Shown: positions 31,401-42,073 of the stretch, piece by piece
Position numbering within the stretch: the first letter of the stretch is position 1
Layout of the letters: the number at the start of each line of letters is the position of its first letter
Assembly: GCA_973895155.1 (NCBI GenBank)
Contig: OZ316895.1
Span: 9,908,184 to 9,972,183, forward strand
From: Marsupella aquatica
Taxonomy: Eukaryota; Plantae; Marchantiophyta
Length of the DNA stretch: 64,000 nucleotides
Direction of reading: 5' to 3'
Program-made: the position numbers and the translations under genes
The notes under the pieces: model-generated
Databases searched by the model: none
Told to the model about the DNA's origin: nothing
What the model saw: the letters and a program-made list of their open reading frames with translations, nothing else

Positions 31401-31766
31401 ATTCTTTTGTCTACTCCCCTTCAAAATCACTGTCTCTCCCGACCTGACTTGAAGTTCACCATCAATAACGCTCCATTGATGACCATTTGAATCCAACACA
31501 CCGAGTGAAATCAGATTCTTACGCATGCCAGGTACATACCTGACTCCGAACACTGTGCGCACAGCGCCATCAAACATTTGAATCTTCACAGACCCAATTC
31601 CCTCAATTTGACAGGAGTGATCATTTCCCATCAGAACTGAACCGTTTGAAACAGAGTAAGAACTGAAAAACTCACGAATGTAACAAATATGAAAAGAGCA
31701 AGCACAATCAAGAATCCACACATCATCTGCTCTCCTAGATGACGTGCACAGGGCATACCCCCGACT
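28493..31766 (-). pseudogene. Copia pol (protease, integrase, reverse transcriptase, RNase H) with premature stops and a frameshift
   Basis: WILDCACSFH (PR), WHSRLGH...CEHC, HSDVWGPS, RSDNGGEY (INT), KARLVAKGFTQ, LYVDDML (RT), YVDSD, KHIDVRYHFIR (RH). Stops at about 30834, 30591, 30159, 29313 and 28826. Confidence 0.95.
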
Positions 31767-32801
31767 TCATAAAACATACTCATCATTGAGTAAATCAGCT
31801 TCTCCATCAGCCCTAGCCACATTTGCCGATGAAGTTTCCGCTGCCTTTCCCTTATAGTCTCGCTTGAAGTGTCCAACTTGGTTGCACTTCCAACATGTCA
31901 CCTGCCTCCTCTGAGGGGATTTACCCTTGGATTTAGATCTGGATTTAGATCTAAACTGGGTTCTACGGTCCCCAGTTGGTCGCTGCATACTCCTCCCACG
32001 GTTAACATTGAGGGCAGCACCAGATGATGAAGGCTGTGACGTGATGTGCATCTTCTGCTGAAGATCATCACTAAGCAGAGAACTTACCACGTCATTGTAT
32101 GAAATGGTATCCCTATCACGATGCAACAACACTCGTGATAGGGACTGGTAAGATGGAGGCAATGAACTAAGAAGCTGCAGAGCCTTCGTCTCATCATTCA
32201 AAGTCTCCCCAAGGTTTTCCAAGTCAACGACCATGTCGTTGAAAGCATCCACATGGTCTTGCAACTTCGTACCAGATTCCTTCATCCTGAAACTCATCAG
32301 TTTGTAGGAAGCGTAGAGCCGGTTCGACAACTCCTTGTGGTGATACTTGCTCTGCAATTCCGCAAACAAGGACATGCAATCCTTATGTGCACCCAACTGC
32401 TTGATGATGGGAGGCATGAGATAGAGTGTAACACACCACACTCCCTGCTCCTGCATGCGGTCCCATTGTTTCTCATCAACATCATCTTCACGAGGGCTCA
32501 GCAGTTGGCCCATCCCTGACGCATAAAGCACTCCCTTCACCTGCTTCTCCCATAGCAAGTAGTCAGAGCGCCCATCATACTTTGTCACTTCATACTTGGG
32601 TCCCCCAAGCTTGAAAGTCCCCATCTTCTTCTTTACCGTGAGCTCCGGTAGTAGTACTGCTTCCTCCATCACACGCCGCACCGATGATGGTATCGGTGTC
32701 ACGTGCTCTTCCTCCTGCTCCTCTCTCTGCCCCTGAAACCTCCGCAGTGATCCTCGTGCTTCAAGTTTCACGTCTTCGAAAAACTCCTCCGAATCACTCA
32801 T
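31767..32801 (-). CDS. Copia Gag (open reading frame; last Cys of the zinc knuckle mutated)
   Basis: 344-aa ORF with KYDGRSDYLLW, LLSSLPPSY and CWKCNQVGHFKRDY. It ends at TGA 31769-31767, in frame with pol. Confidence 0.9.
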   Translation of the reverse strand: MSDSEEFFEDVKLEARGSLRRFQGQREEQEEEHVTPIPSSVRRVMEEAVLLPELTVKKKMGTFKLGGPKYEVTKYDGRSDYLLWEKQVKGVLYASGMGQLLSPREDDVDEKQWDRMQEQGVWCVTLYLMPPIIKQLGAHKDCMSLFAELQSKYHHKELSNRLYASYKLMSFRMKESGTKLQDHVDAFNDMVVDLENLGETLNDETKALQLLSSLPPSYQSLSRVLLHRDRDTISYNDVVSSLLSDDLQQKMHITSQPSSSGAALNVNRGRSMQRPTGDRRTQFRSKSRSKSKGKSPQRRQVTCWKCNQVGHFKRDYKGKAAETSSANVARADGEADLLNDEYVL

Positions 32802-33941
32802 ATGAGAAAGTCACAAAAAATGTTGTTTTTCACAACTTCTCAAAAAACTGGAAACTCAACACCGCCACGTAGCCCACAAAGCTAGGAGTCCAATACTGAA
32901 AACCGAAATCAAAATCGAAATTTGACGGAAAAGTTATTCAAATTTCGGTCGAGGTGGGTAAAACCTTGGGAAACTCCCCCGTTTTGACCACCTCAGGGAA
33001 TAACCAAAATACCAAGTACAACCCGTTGTCGAAATTGCGATGTGATTGGTGCGCTGCATTGCCAACTTCAATGGCTACGACCTCGCCAAAAAATAACCAA
33101 AAAAGTTACCGTTCGGCGGATGAAATCTTTGTCGGACGGTCAAAAAATAGTTCTCTGGATTTTTGGAATATTCTATGACCCTAGTACAGGCCCTGTGTGA
33201 ATTTTGGAAGAACAATCGAGGGGCTGACATGTGTCCTCGAACCCCCAAAACCCCCTACCACCCTTCGTCGTCAAAATCTGGTCGCGCGCGCAGAAAATAC
33301 ACACGGCAGAATATACCCCTCGACACCAAACGCAAGATATCTCACTCGGGTTTTGACGAAATCAAGATCCGATTTCAGATTTGGAAACTAGACTCCGAGG
33401 CAATGAAGATCGATATAAGAAGCACCCAAAACGAGGAAAGAACAAGGGAGAAAAAAATTGGTAAAGATGACAGATTTCTCTCAATTGCCATAGCCAATTT
33501 CGAATCAGTTTTTCAAAGAGAAAAAAATGGTACCTTGTCAACAACAAATGTTGATCAATTGCACTTGGTGCCGTCACCAAGTCCAACAAGGTAATTGATT
33601 TTGCTTAGCCTTCCTCTTTGCATCAAAGAGCCAATCTCGGACTCAAAAACAATCGTCTTGCCTCAATCTCTCCGTTGAGTCAAAACACTTGACGCTTCTC
33701 CCTCCGAGTCGATTTCCAACTTTCTTCACAAAATCCAGAACGACGAAAACTTAGATCTCTCTCCACCACGAGCTCCGTTCAACGATTTCTTCACACCGTT
33801 AGAAAGCTCTTGCCCTGATCTATCCGTTGAGCCCATAAACTCCAAGTTCCATGCGATGGAACTCTGGAAAATCCACCAATACTCAACGCTGGAAAAACCG
33901 TCATGAAATCCCGTCACGAACACACGTCACCTCCCAAGCAT

Positions 33942-33953
33942 GCTCTGATACCA
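33942..33953 (-). promoter_or_regulatory. Primer binding site (tRNA-iMet)
   Basis: TGGTATCAGAGC on the minus strand, 2 nt inside the 5' LTR boundary. Confidence 0.95.
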
Positions 33954-33955
33954 AT

Positions 33956-34394
33956 TGTTGAGCATAGACGACGATCGCAACGGCAAGCCCATGAACCATC
34001 CAACGCACAATAGTCGACACAAGAGATACGTGGTTCACCTCCTTGAGGCTACGTCCACGGGAACACACAAGAGAGCTTTACTGAACTCTAAGCCCGTCGG
34101 CTATACCGAGTCTCCACAGTGTAAGCTCTCCCTATCTCTCAAGTGGCTCCATAACAATGAGCCTTGGTTCTACCTCTCCAAGCACACATGCCTCTTATGA
34201 TATAGTGTGCAACTTAGTTGTACCTAACCACATAGTTGTACCTAACCACATAGTTGTACCTAATCACGTAGTTGTACCTAACCACATAGTTGTACCTAAT
34301 CACGTAGTTGTACCTAACCACGTAGTTGTACCAACCCACGTTGTTGTACCAACCACGTCATACCTAACCTAGACGTAAGAGTAAATACCCAACA
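33956..34394 (-). repeat. 5' LTR of the Copia
   Basis: Near-identical to 27863-28301 and adjacent to the PBS. Confidence 0.97.
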
Positions 34395-35518
34395 CCCCTT
34401 GACACGACCAACTCTTAGCTCACCTAAGTCCTTAGTGTGTGTCATCAGCTTGGCTCCTTGCCTTTGCTAGTGCCATGTCTCATTGTCCACAAGTCTCCCC
34501 ATGCTAAGTCCTCCCCGGATGGCCTATTTGGGCCTGGACCATAAGAGAGCTTGGCGTTGGAGTCAGCGACGCCGAAGCTAAGTGTTAAGGTAGTCGAGTT
34601 CTGCGACTTTGAGGATGTTTGATGAGATTCTAGCTAGCAATGGGCATCAATGTCAAAGTATGATCCAGATGAGAGATGACTAGAAGGAGAAAGGACCTCC
34701 AGCTTCAGGCGATGCTCTTTCAGCAGCTGGTGGTAGTGGCTCTCAATCAGGCAAGAAGATTGTTGAAGAGTAGAAGCCTGGGGAGACACGCCAGGAAATT
34801 CAGAGCCGGGCAGCAGATGCATTGCAGAAGATGGCAAATAGCATGGAGAAAACAGGAGCAAGCACTCTTACAATTTTGCATGAGCAGGTGGAGGTTGCTA
34901 GTTGAAAATTCTCATTGTCTATGGCAGATAGCGAGAGGAAGGTTGAATTGACAGAATTGCAGCATCAAGAGAATCAGTGGAAGGCAGAGCAACATGAATC
35001 AGACATGCTTCAGAAGAAATTGAAGCATCTAACTTTTTTGAGAGACAATTACATCCTTACTAAAGACGAGTTCCAGGTCCAAGCTAGATCTCTAGCTGGA
35101 ATTAGTTAGAACTTTCATCATAGGATTATTTTACGCTGACCATGGTGCATTCTCAACAGTGATTTGCCTTTGGGCGAAGCTTTGTGAACAAGTACGGTTT
35201 TAAATAAAGATTGAATTGCGCTAGCATTCCAAAGCCAGAAATTCATTAGTGGTTTGATTTGAACAGGAACCAGGACAAGAACTCTATTCTGCAAATCAGA
35301 TCACTGATGCAGAATTTCTGGCTCTTTCTAAAGAGAATATTAGAGTGGAGAAAATGAACATAGATGAGACTTGTGTAGAGGGCAACCATGTCTGCAATTT
35401 ATTGTGCTTGATTTGAAGTCATTAGACTCAATTTTGGTAATACAAATGGATGCACTTTATTGAGAATGTCAGCAAATAAACATTTTTGATTCAGGTATGT
35501 CTACCCAACTATTCCACT

Positions 35519-36712
35519 CTAGTCCTCCATCTGGCCCCATTGATTGGCAAATCCTACATTTTTGTCATGCTGCTGGTCTGGGCCCACATCAACTATGGAG
35601 AAATCCATGCGGGATTGGTGCACAAAGTTAGTCAGTTGACAGCATGCTTCAAAAATTGGTGAGAAAATGTCCCTCCGGCTGGGGCAAACATCCAAAAATC
35701 TTCTCCAACAATTCTTCAAACCTCCAATGCCCCACTCCACTTTAACTCTTTGAGCTGCATGCCTCCTGTTGAATGCCCTCTAACTGGATCCAGATCCCCT
35801 ACAGTCTCTCGACAATCAAACCATTTTATGATATACATCTCCAGGCCCAAATGAGCACGGTCTCCTAGCAGGTATTCTTCAGGTCTTGTGTAGGGAGGAG
35901 TATTTTTAAAATACTAACACCAATTGGGAGTGATGTAAGATTTTTGAGCACAATTGGCATCATGCAACAACCCAGGAAACCCTGCATGTACATAAATAAA
36001 AAGCCCATCGTGGTCTATGATCATCACATTGTTAAAACAATACATATATGGCTTTTCTACCATTGTAATACTTTGTATGATTTTGAATCTAAGGCCCTTT
36101 GATTCTACAGAGAGTGCCATCTATGTGTTCTATGCAACCTGGCCAGTCTGGCAGACATCTAGATAATGCTTCTCTACGCTTTGCATCAGCCCCCTGAATT
36201 TCATCGGCAAGTGCGACATTGATAGCACTTGCAATATATGGAACATCATCATTTAAGCTTGATCTTGAATAATTACAATGTGAAGCTTCATACCTACACC
36301 CTGTGTTATGCTTCACATAAAATAGAAATGAGAGCAGTCGTTCCTTTGGGTCAAGCTTCGATGGACGACCATGCTTTAGTTTTCTCTCTCTAGTGTGCCT
36401 TGCAGTCAGAGCCATAACATGGCACACTCTATTACAAAGTCGATCAAACTCTGACATGGTAAATCTCGTGACACTTCTGAAAATGGAAGAATGACCTTCC
36501 ATTCGATGACCTAGCCTGTCTATCTTGGGCTTGAGTGTATTCACAGAAAAATCTACAATTATAGCAAACTCTCTCTCATTACTAAAAAAGAGATCATGTG
36601 CAAGTGCAACAGCCTGGCAAGCTTGATTGTTTTGTTTCAGAAGTGTGAGGACTGCAAATCGTAAGCTTGCTCCTTCATCATCACTATTGTCGCTCTCCTC
36701 AAATTCAGCCAT
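35519..36712 (-). pseudogene. PIF/Harbinger (HARBI1-like, DDE_Tnp_4) transposase, disrupted
   Basis: FRSVTRFTMSEFDRL, KLDPKERLLSFL (HTH), GCIEHIDGT, DHDGLFIYVHAGFPGLLHDA, YLLGD, FNRRHAAQRVKVEWGIGGLKNCW, spread over several frames. Confidence 0.88.
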
Positions 36713-37662
36713 GTTTGTTCTCAATCAGGCATGAAATTCCTGTACGTATGGCCTCACAAAAATCTGAATGCCAGCTTGTGAATGAGCTGTGAATTTCTTA
36801 CAATCTACAATCTGCAGGAATTATCTCAATCTCTACAATTTCTACGATCTGCAAGAATTATCAACAACAGCGGTTTGATTCATGGAGAAATTATGAAGGG
36901 ATTAATTTAAACATGGCAAGCCTTGCGCTCCCCTATCGCCTAGCCCACCATGCTCCAAAGCCCCTCCCCAGCCTTCGCCAATCTTTGCCTTCCCGATTCA
37001 GCCAGCCCAACACCTACAGTCGACAAAATTGAACTTCGTAGCCCTTCCCATCAACCTGCGCAGCCATTGACTTCAGCCAGCCCTCTCATGGCCCATCATT
37101 GCCCATTCGTAAGACCTCCCCGAACCTGCCTGGAGCTCGCTCATTGCAAAACCTGATTAATTTAGCCAAAAGCGTCTTTTGCACCCTAATGTGGGATTAC
37201 CAATTGACGTCTTATGTGGCTGACGCACATGCTGATGCCACCCAACCTTAGCGCCTTATTGGTGACTTTCCGGACAATGTTATTGTACTAATGGGGGATT
37301 AATGTTGGATTCCAAATACTCATTGGGGACAGTCTAATGAGATGCGCCTTCACTTTATTATCGGTGCACTATAGTTGTCAAGCATGGCCCAAGAGAAGAA
37401 ACGTCAATCCATTTGTTAGAGGTCCTTCCAAGGGGCCATCATGAGCTCCATAATTCTTAAGGTGGCTTTACAAGAAGTCAGCACCATGTTTTTATTCCCT
37501 ATGAGATTAAAATTGGTCCATGCAATGAGTAGAAAGTGCTGCAGTTGGCTTAATGTACACAAAATTGGGCCCAATTACATATAAGGTTGCTCAAAGTTTC
37601 TCCAAATGGTACTCAATCACTTTTTGTAATCATGTCTTATCTCAATAAATCAGCAAAATAAT

Positions 37663-37959
37663 TGTTGAGTATTGCTCTTAGTCTTGTGACTCTAGAGTTA
37701 ACCGCAGTTAGGCTAACTTAGGTTAGGACTTAGCTTAGGTTAGCAGTGATACATGCTATATATAACCAGGGTTGAATGTCAGCCCCTGGTGGATCTTCAG
37801 TTCATTGTTGGAGTGGAGCAAGAGAGAAGTAAAGGTCTCTAACTTGCTTTCCCGTGGACGTAGCCTCGGTCATGAGGTGAACCACGTACTCGTTGTGTCG
37901 AGTACTTTGTATGGTGTTTAAATGTGCATGGTGTTAAGGGATAGGGATTATCCCCAACA
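37663..37959 (+). mobile_element. Solo LTR of a related Copia family (297 bp)
   Basis: TGTTGAGTATTGCTCTTA...CCCCAACA, flanked by ATAAT and ACAAT (4/5 TSD). Shares CCCGTGGACGTAGCCTC...GAGGTGAACCACGTA with the Copia LTRs and contains TATATATAA. Confidence 0.85.
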
Positions 37960-37984
37960 ACAATTTTGTGTACGATAACTAAAG

Positions 37985-38433
37985 GTGTGAAGGTTCTCAA
38001 AAATCGCTTTTGACATGACCACAACTTTTTACTTGATGACATCTTTGACAGAACGACGTCTTTTTACTTGACAACATCTTGGACGTAACGACATCATTGG
38101 CATCATGACACCTTTTGACTGGACAACATCTTTTTACTTGAAAACACCTTTTTACTTGATGGCATCTTTTTTACTTGACAACATCTTTTTACTTGATGAC
38201 GTCTCATTAACGACATTTAATTTGGCGCCATGACATCTTTTTACTTGACGACATCTTTGGCAACATGACTTCTTTTTTTAATGACGTATTTTAACTTCAC
38301 AATGTCTGCACAATGTTTTCTTTTTTCCTAACAACATCTTTATACTTCATGGCATCTTTTACATAACGACATCTTTGGCGACACAATTTCTTTTTTCTAA
38401 CATCTTTTGTGCAACGCATGGGTATTGAGCTAG
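37985..38433 (+). mobile_element. Non-autonomous Helitron 3' portion with internal ACGACATCTTTT repeats
   Basis: Ends GTGCAACGCAT-GGGTATTGAG-CTAG|T (hairpin plus CTAG at 38430-38433). The 5' end is not resolved. Confidence 0.7.
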
Positions 38434-38535
38434 TCTATATTATAAAGCATGATCAAAAGCTAGGACATAGGACCAAAACACAGAAGTCAAAATGTGCATG
38501 ATTGATACTCACCATCAATTTACAAGCAGAACTAT

Positions 38536-38861
38536 CTTGGGGGGTCACTATATGGAGGGCCATACATCGCGTGCGACGTTTTGGGGTTTGACCCCCCTAA
38601 CTTATAAGTGAAAAATATTTTTTTGCAAAGCCCTTTCTTTCTTTAAATTTTGTCATTTTTTATTAAAAAACCCCTAAAAACTTTAAAGAAAGTATTTTTT
38701 GCAATTAAATAGGCCTATGTGTTCTTTAAAGTCGACCAGTCAATAAAACATACCCTATGTGTTCTTCCACCAAACTTTGGAAGTCTTCCGCCACACCCAT
38801 GTAAATGGGCCTATATTTCGTCGCACGTAATGTGCCACTTCCGTGGAAGTGACCCCCCGAG
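38536..38861. mobile_element. MITE / non-autonomous DNA transposon with an 8-bp TSD
   Basis: TIRs CTTGGGGGGTCACT...ACAT..CGTGCGACG and CGTCGCACG..ATGT...AGTGACCCCCCGAG. Perfect TSD AGAACTAT (38528-38535 and 38862-38869). AT-rich interior. Confidence 0.88.
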
Positions 38862-39745
38862 AGAACTATGGTGTTCAGGCTACTCTTTAGAACAAAAAGT
38901 GGGCGGTCTGGTCCACTTGAAAGAGTCTCAAGTGCCCGCAGCTCTTGACATGTGAAGCCAACCTTGGATTGAGAGGATTGAGTTTCTTATAACTGCCTCT
39001 TTGACCTCCCGCTTTCCTGTTGACCTATGTCTTTTTATGGTACCTTTTTCATTAAAGTGTTGTCTCCTTTCATATATATCACACTACCAAAAGACAGGAG
39101 AGCCAAACCAAGAGACGTGGGCCCAGAGGCAAAAGAACCCAATAAAGGGAGCGAAAAAGGAAGCCCCAAGAAGACTGAAACTGAGTCAATATGTGACACA
39201 AAAGGGAGTGTATGGACCCTTGACCTTCACTGGCCTTGAATTTGGATGGGATCCAAAAGAAGTCCAGATTGACCATTTGCAAGCATTACTCTGAACTCAA
39301 ATAATATATTTCCTATGCATGAATGGTCACACTTTTGGGACCCAAAGGTTCATTGATATGTCCATCTGTGTTGCTTGGTTTAACATTATGGTCTGTCAGA
39401 GCAACTTTAGAAACAATTCATTCAAGACAACAGAAATAAGAGAAAAAGATTCTCCTGCAAGTTGCATTCAAGCACTCCATCAGAGCATTTTGTTTAATAG
39501 ACCTCTTTTGCTTTAATTTATTTCACTGTACTTGTTTGGCCTTTTCCTTTGATTGCAGCATTTTACTCTGTGAAGAATTCTACCTACCATGCACGTGAAT
39601 CCTTGCCCCCAAAATCAACAAGCTTAAGGGTCCCTGCTCCATGTGTGACCACCCCACCTTGCAACCCCATCCAAATTCAGACCACAAAATCAAGATCAGT
39701 GAACTTTTGAGGGTGCACCCACTCCCAACCACCCCACCTCGGTTA

Positions 39746-40049
39746 CATTGTCCACCATAGATGGTGTGAGTACATAATTAGTGTGACACCAAAATTAGAG
39801 TGACTCACACTGAATTGAGTGAACATTTGTTTATAACCCGAATCACACTATGTTAAATCACACACTTTACTTTGTGTTGAGAGTCTGCTTGGGTCTCAGT
39901 TTTATGTCTCGATTCTTAGTGTGCAGTATTCAAGGTGAACACCTCAATTAGTGAGACCAAAAGTGTGTGAGTCACACTATTTTATGTGAGATGTAAAATT
40001 TGAAGGGCTACGCAATTAGTGTGACTAACACTAATTGCGGTGGACAGTG
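39746..40049. mobile_element. MITE with CA(C/T)TGTCCACC TIRs, TA flanks and AATTAGTGTGAC repeats
   Basis: TA|CATTGTCCACC ... GGTGGACAGTG|TA, with several AATTAGTGTGAC / GTCACACTA motifs inside. Confidence 0.78.
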
Positions 40050-42073
40050 TAGTATACTTAGTTTAGACCAAGTATACCTTAGTCCTCCAAAGGGCCCCAA
40101 CTTGGTATAGAGACTTGGTAAGGCCACATAAAGTAGAGTGGAAAGCTTTACTGCCCATCCCACTCCCAATTAGAAACTCAAGGGCTTATATGAAGTAACA
40201 AACAGCTCATATATTGCCCACAATTTTTAGAGATTAAGTGCTAATCTCTTTGAGGGCTGATGGAGCAAGGTCTTTACAGAGGATAGGCTCATTGGGGGTA
40301 CCTGAGGACTTTTAAACAATTGCTTCAGGATGACCATTGATAAATTATGGGTTACCCAGGGACTTTTTGCTTGACCATGGACGTTGATAAATTAACTAGT
40401 ACTGCTGTTAAAAATCCTGGGTTACCGGGTAGACTATACATTTCAAAAAAATTCATGGAGGCCATCATAGGCCATATATGAGGGTCAACATATTTTGAAA
40501 ACAAATGCTCGTGCTGTGAAAAATTGGCCAAGTCAGGTTTGCTTAACATCTCAAAGTGGTGACTTCTCCAAGGTCTATGTCCTCTATTTTCCAGTCCAAG
40601 GATGGATTGGTATGTTTCAAATTTATTCCTGCAATGTGATTGGCCAAAAATTAACTTTAAGATTCAGTAGCAGGGGCGTTATAGCCCCTAAACAGGGCAG
40701 TTGATCTATGAGGGCCTCTTTATCTGAGACCTGCTTTAGGGAATGTTTGGTGTGAAGTTCATTAAATTAAAACTACAAGGCCTCTATCATGAATGCCTAT
40801 TTTGTAGAATGGCTCTTATTGAGGTTCATCTCATGAGGTTTGTCGTTTCATTATTACGATGTCAGTGAAGGCTTCGCGTCCAAAATCCCATCAATCAAAG
40901 AGTCGATTTTAACTAATGCTGCTGCAGAACACACGATTATCAAAACTTTCTGTGCAATGCGTTACAATACGTTGAAACAATTCGTGCCACGGAAGACAAA
41001 ATGTCCCACCGTTGTCACAAACTTTCCCACAATTCTCGGATCAGTGCTTCACCTCGACTCACAACAGCCTCCAAAAGCATTGTCCCAGACGTTTACCACA
41101 ATTCTCAGAACTATGCTTCACCACTCCCGGCGACCTCCAAGTGTTCTACTGTCTAAACAACTGATGTAGACTTTCGTTTCAGTCATCTTATATGGAACGG
41201 AAACTACATGTACACTTTCGTTCAGTCATCTTATTTGGAAGGGTGAAGACGAGAGAGCCAGTTACAGACGAAGCGTTTTTCATGCAGACCGGATGGAGTT
41301 TTGGGTCCTAAGGCGACTCAAACAGTTCTGGTTTGTTCTGTTAACGCAACTAGTTTTACTTCTTTAATTTGTTAACGCAACTTAACCTGCGAAATATTGA
41401 AACCAGTTACTTGCGCTGAAAAACGAATTGATTTTTTCGATTTGCACACGTAACTACGACAAAATCTCTAATGTTAAGGAAATCGTTCAATGTAGCTTAA
41501 AGGTAGGCTACGAAATATCATACAATTCCAACTTCATTGCGGTTGGCCACAGCTGTCTGCGAGTTAACCAATCGCTCAAGATGGACATTCAATCCTCAAA
41601 TCACTTCGAATAATTGAAGTCGGTAAAGCATCCAACACTTCAAAATTTGAATCTTCACACCAACTGCTCGTGCTGTCCTTAGTGTCAAAAAATTGCCGGC
41701 TGATGAGTGGAGCCCTTGTCCTCATAATTAACTAGGCAATACGAATACAAGGACAGTGATATGAACTACACACATGCAACGGAAAGCAGGCAGAGATGGT
41801 CACGCAAGTAGATAGGGAACCTCAATGTCTGCACCGGTGTAACTAAACTCAAAAGTATACTAGGGCTGTTGACTATAGAAGCGAACATCCTATCATCAAG
41901 ATATCTCTAAAAGATTACAATGTGACCACAACATGCTGCCAGACAACATGGGAAATCTCTTTCGGTTCCACCATTGGCATGTACAATGCCATCAGGGACA
42001 ATAGCTTGCTTAGTGACATGCACCCACCCAGTGCATATTGTCAAGGCCAACGCTGGTATCATCACCTACACAC

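Larger units (their letters stand above)
27863..34394 (-). mobile_element. Full-length Ty1/Copia LTR retrotransposon (Tnt1/Tork-like), recent insertion with defective ORFs
   Basis: 439-bp LTRs at 27863-28301 and 33956-34394 (TG...CA, one mismatch seen). TSD CCCCT (27858-27862 and 34395-34399). tRNA-iMet PBS at 33942-33953, PPT at about 28302-28318. Domain order gag-PR-INT-RT-RH. Confidence 0.98.
26570..34589. mobile_element. LTR-like insertion (about 1.5 kb of its own sequence, probably Gypsy-derived) that hosts the Copia
   Basis: Flanked by 5-bp GTAGT (26565-26569 and 34590-34594) and begins with TG. The right end GTGTTAAG is an imperfect ...GTGTTACA. Contains TGTCACGACC (27409) and a CATAACTTTCTC...TCCG motif like that in the 60051 solo LTR. 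Confidence 0.5.
26219..35109 (+). pseudogene. Harbinger ORF1 (Myb/SANT-like DNA-binding protein), frameshifted and split by an 8-kb insertion
   Basis: 5' part 26219-26569 (MAKKSDY...KVWHKVYEDYVKEM...RPSQRQMQDALRE, trihelix-like). 3' part 34590-35109 (LRMFDEILASN..., coiled-coil ELTELQHQENQWKAEQHE...). Its position facing a HARBI1-type transposase supports the call. Confidence 0.6.
25873..37282. mobile_element. PIF/Harbinger DNA transposon (decayed) carrying nested LTR insertions
   Basis: Inverted termini TAACGTTGTCCGGAAAGT (25873) and ACTTTCCGGACAATGTTA (ending 37282) match 17/18, with outer triplets TAA and TTA. They enclose convergent Myb/SANT-like and DDE transposase genes. Confidence 0.8.

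Noticed and set aside
24214-37342. Possible outer inverted repeat CATTAGAC/GTCTAATG around the Harbinger
   Set aside because: Only about 8-10 matching bases and no TSD.
41305-41685. MITE-like AT-rich segment bounded by CTAAGG...CCTTAG
   Set aside because: The inverted match is too short to call termini.
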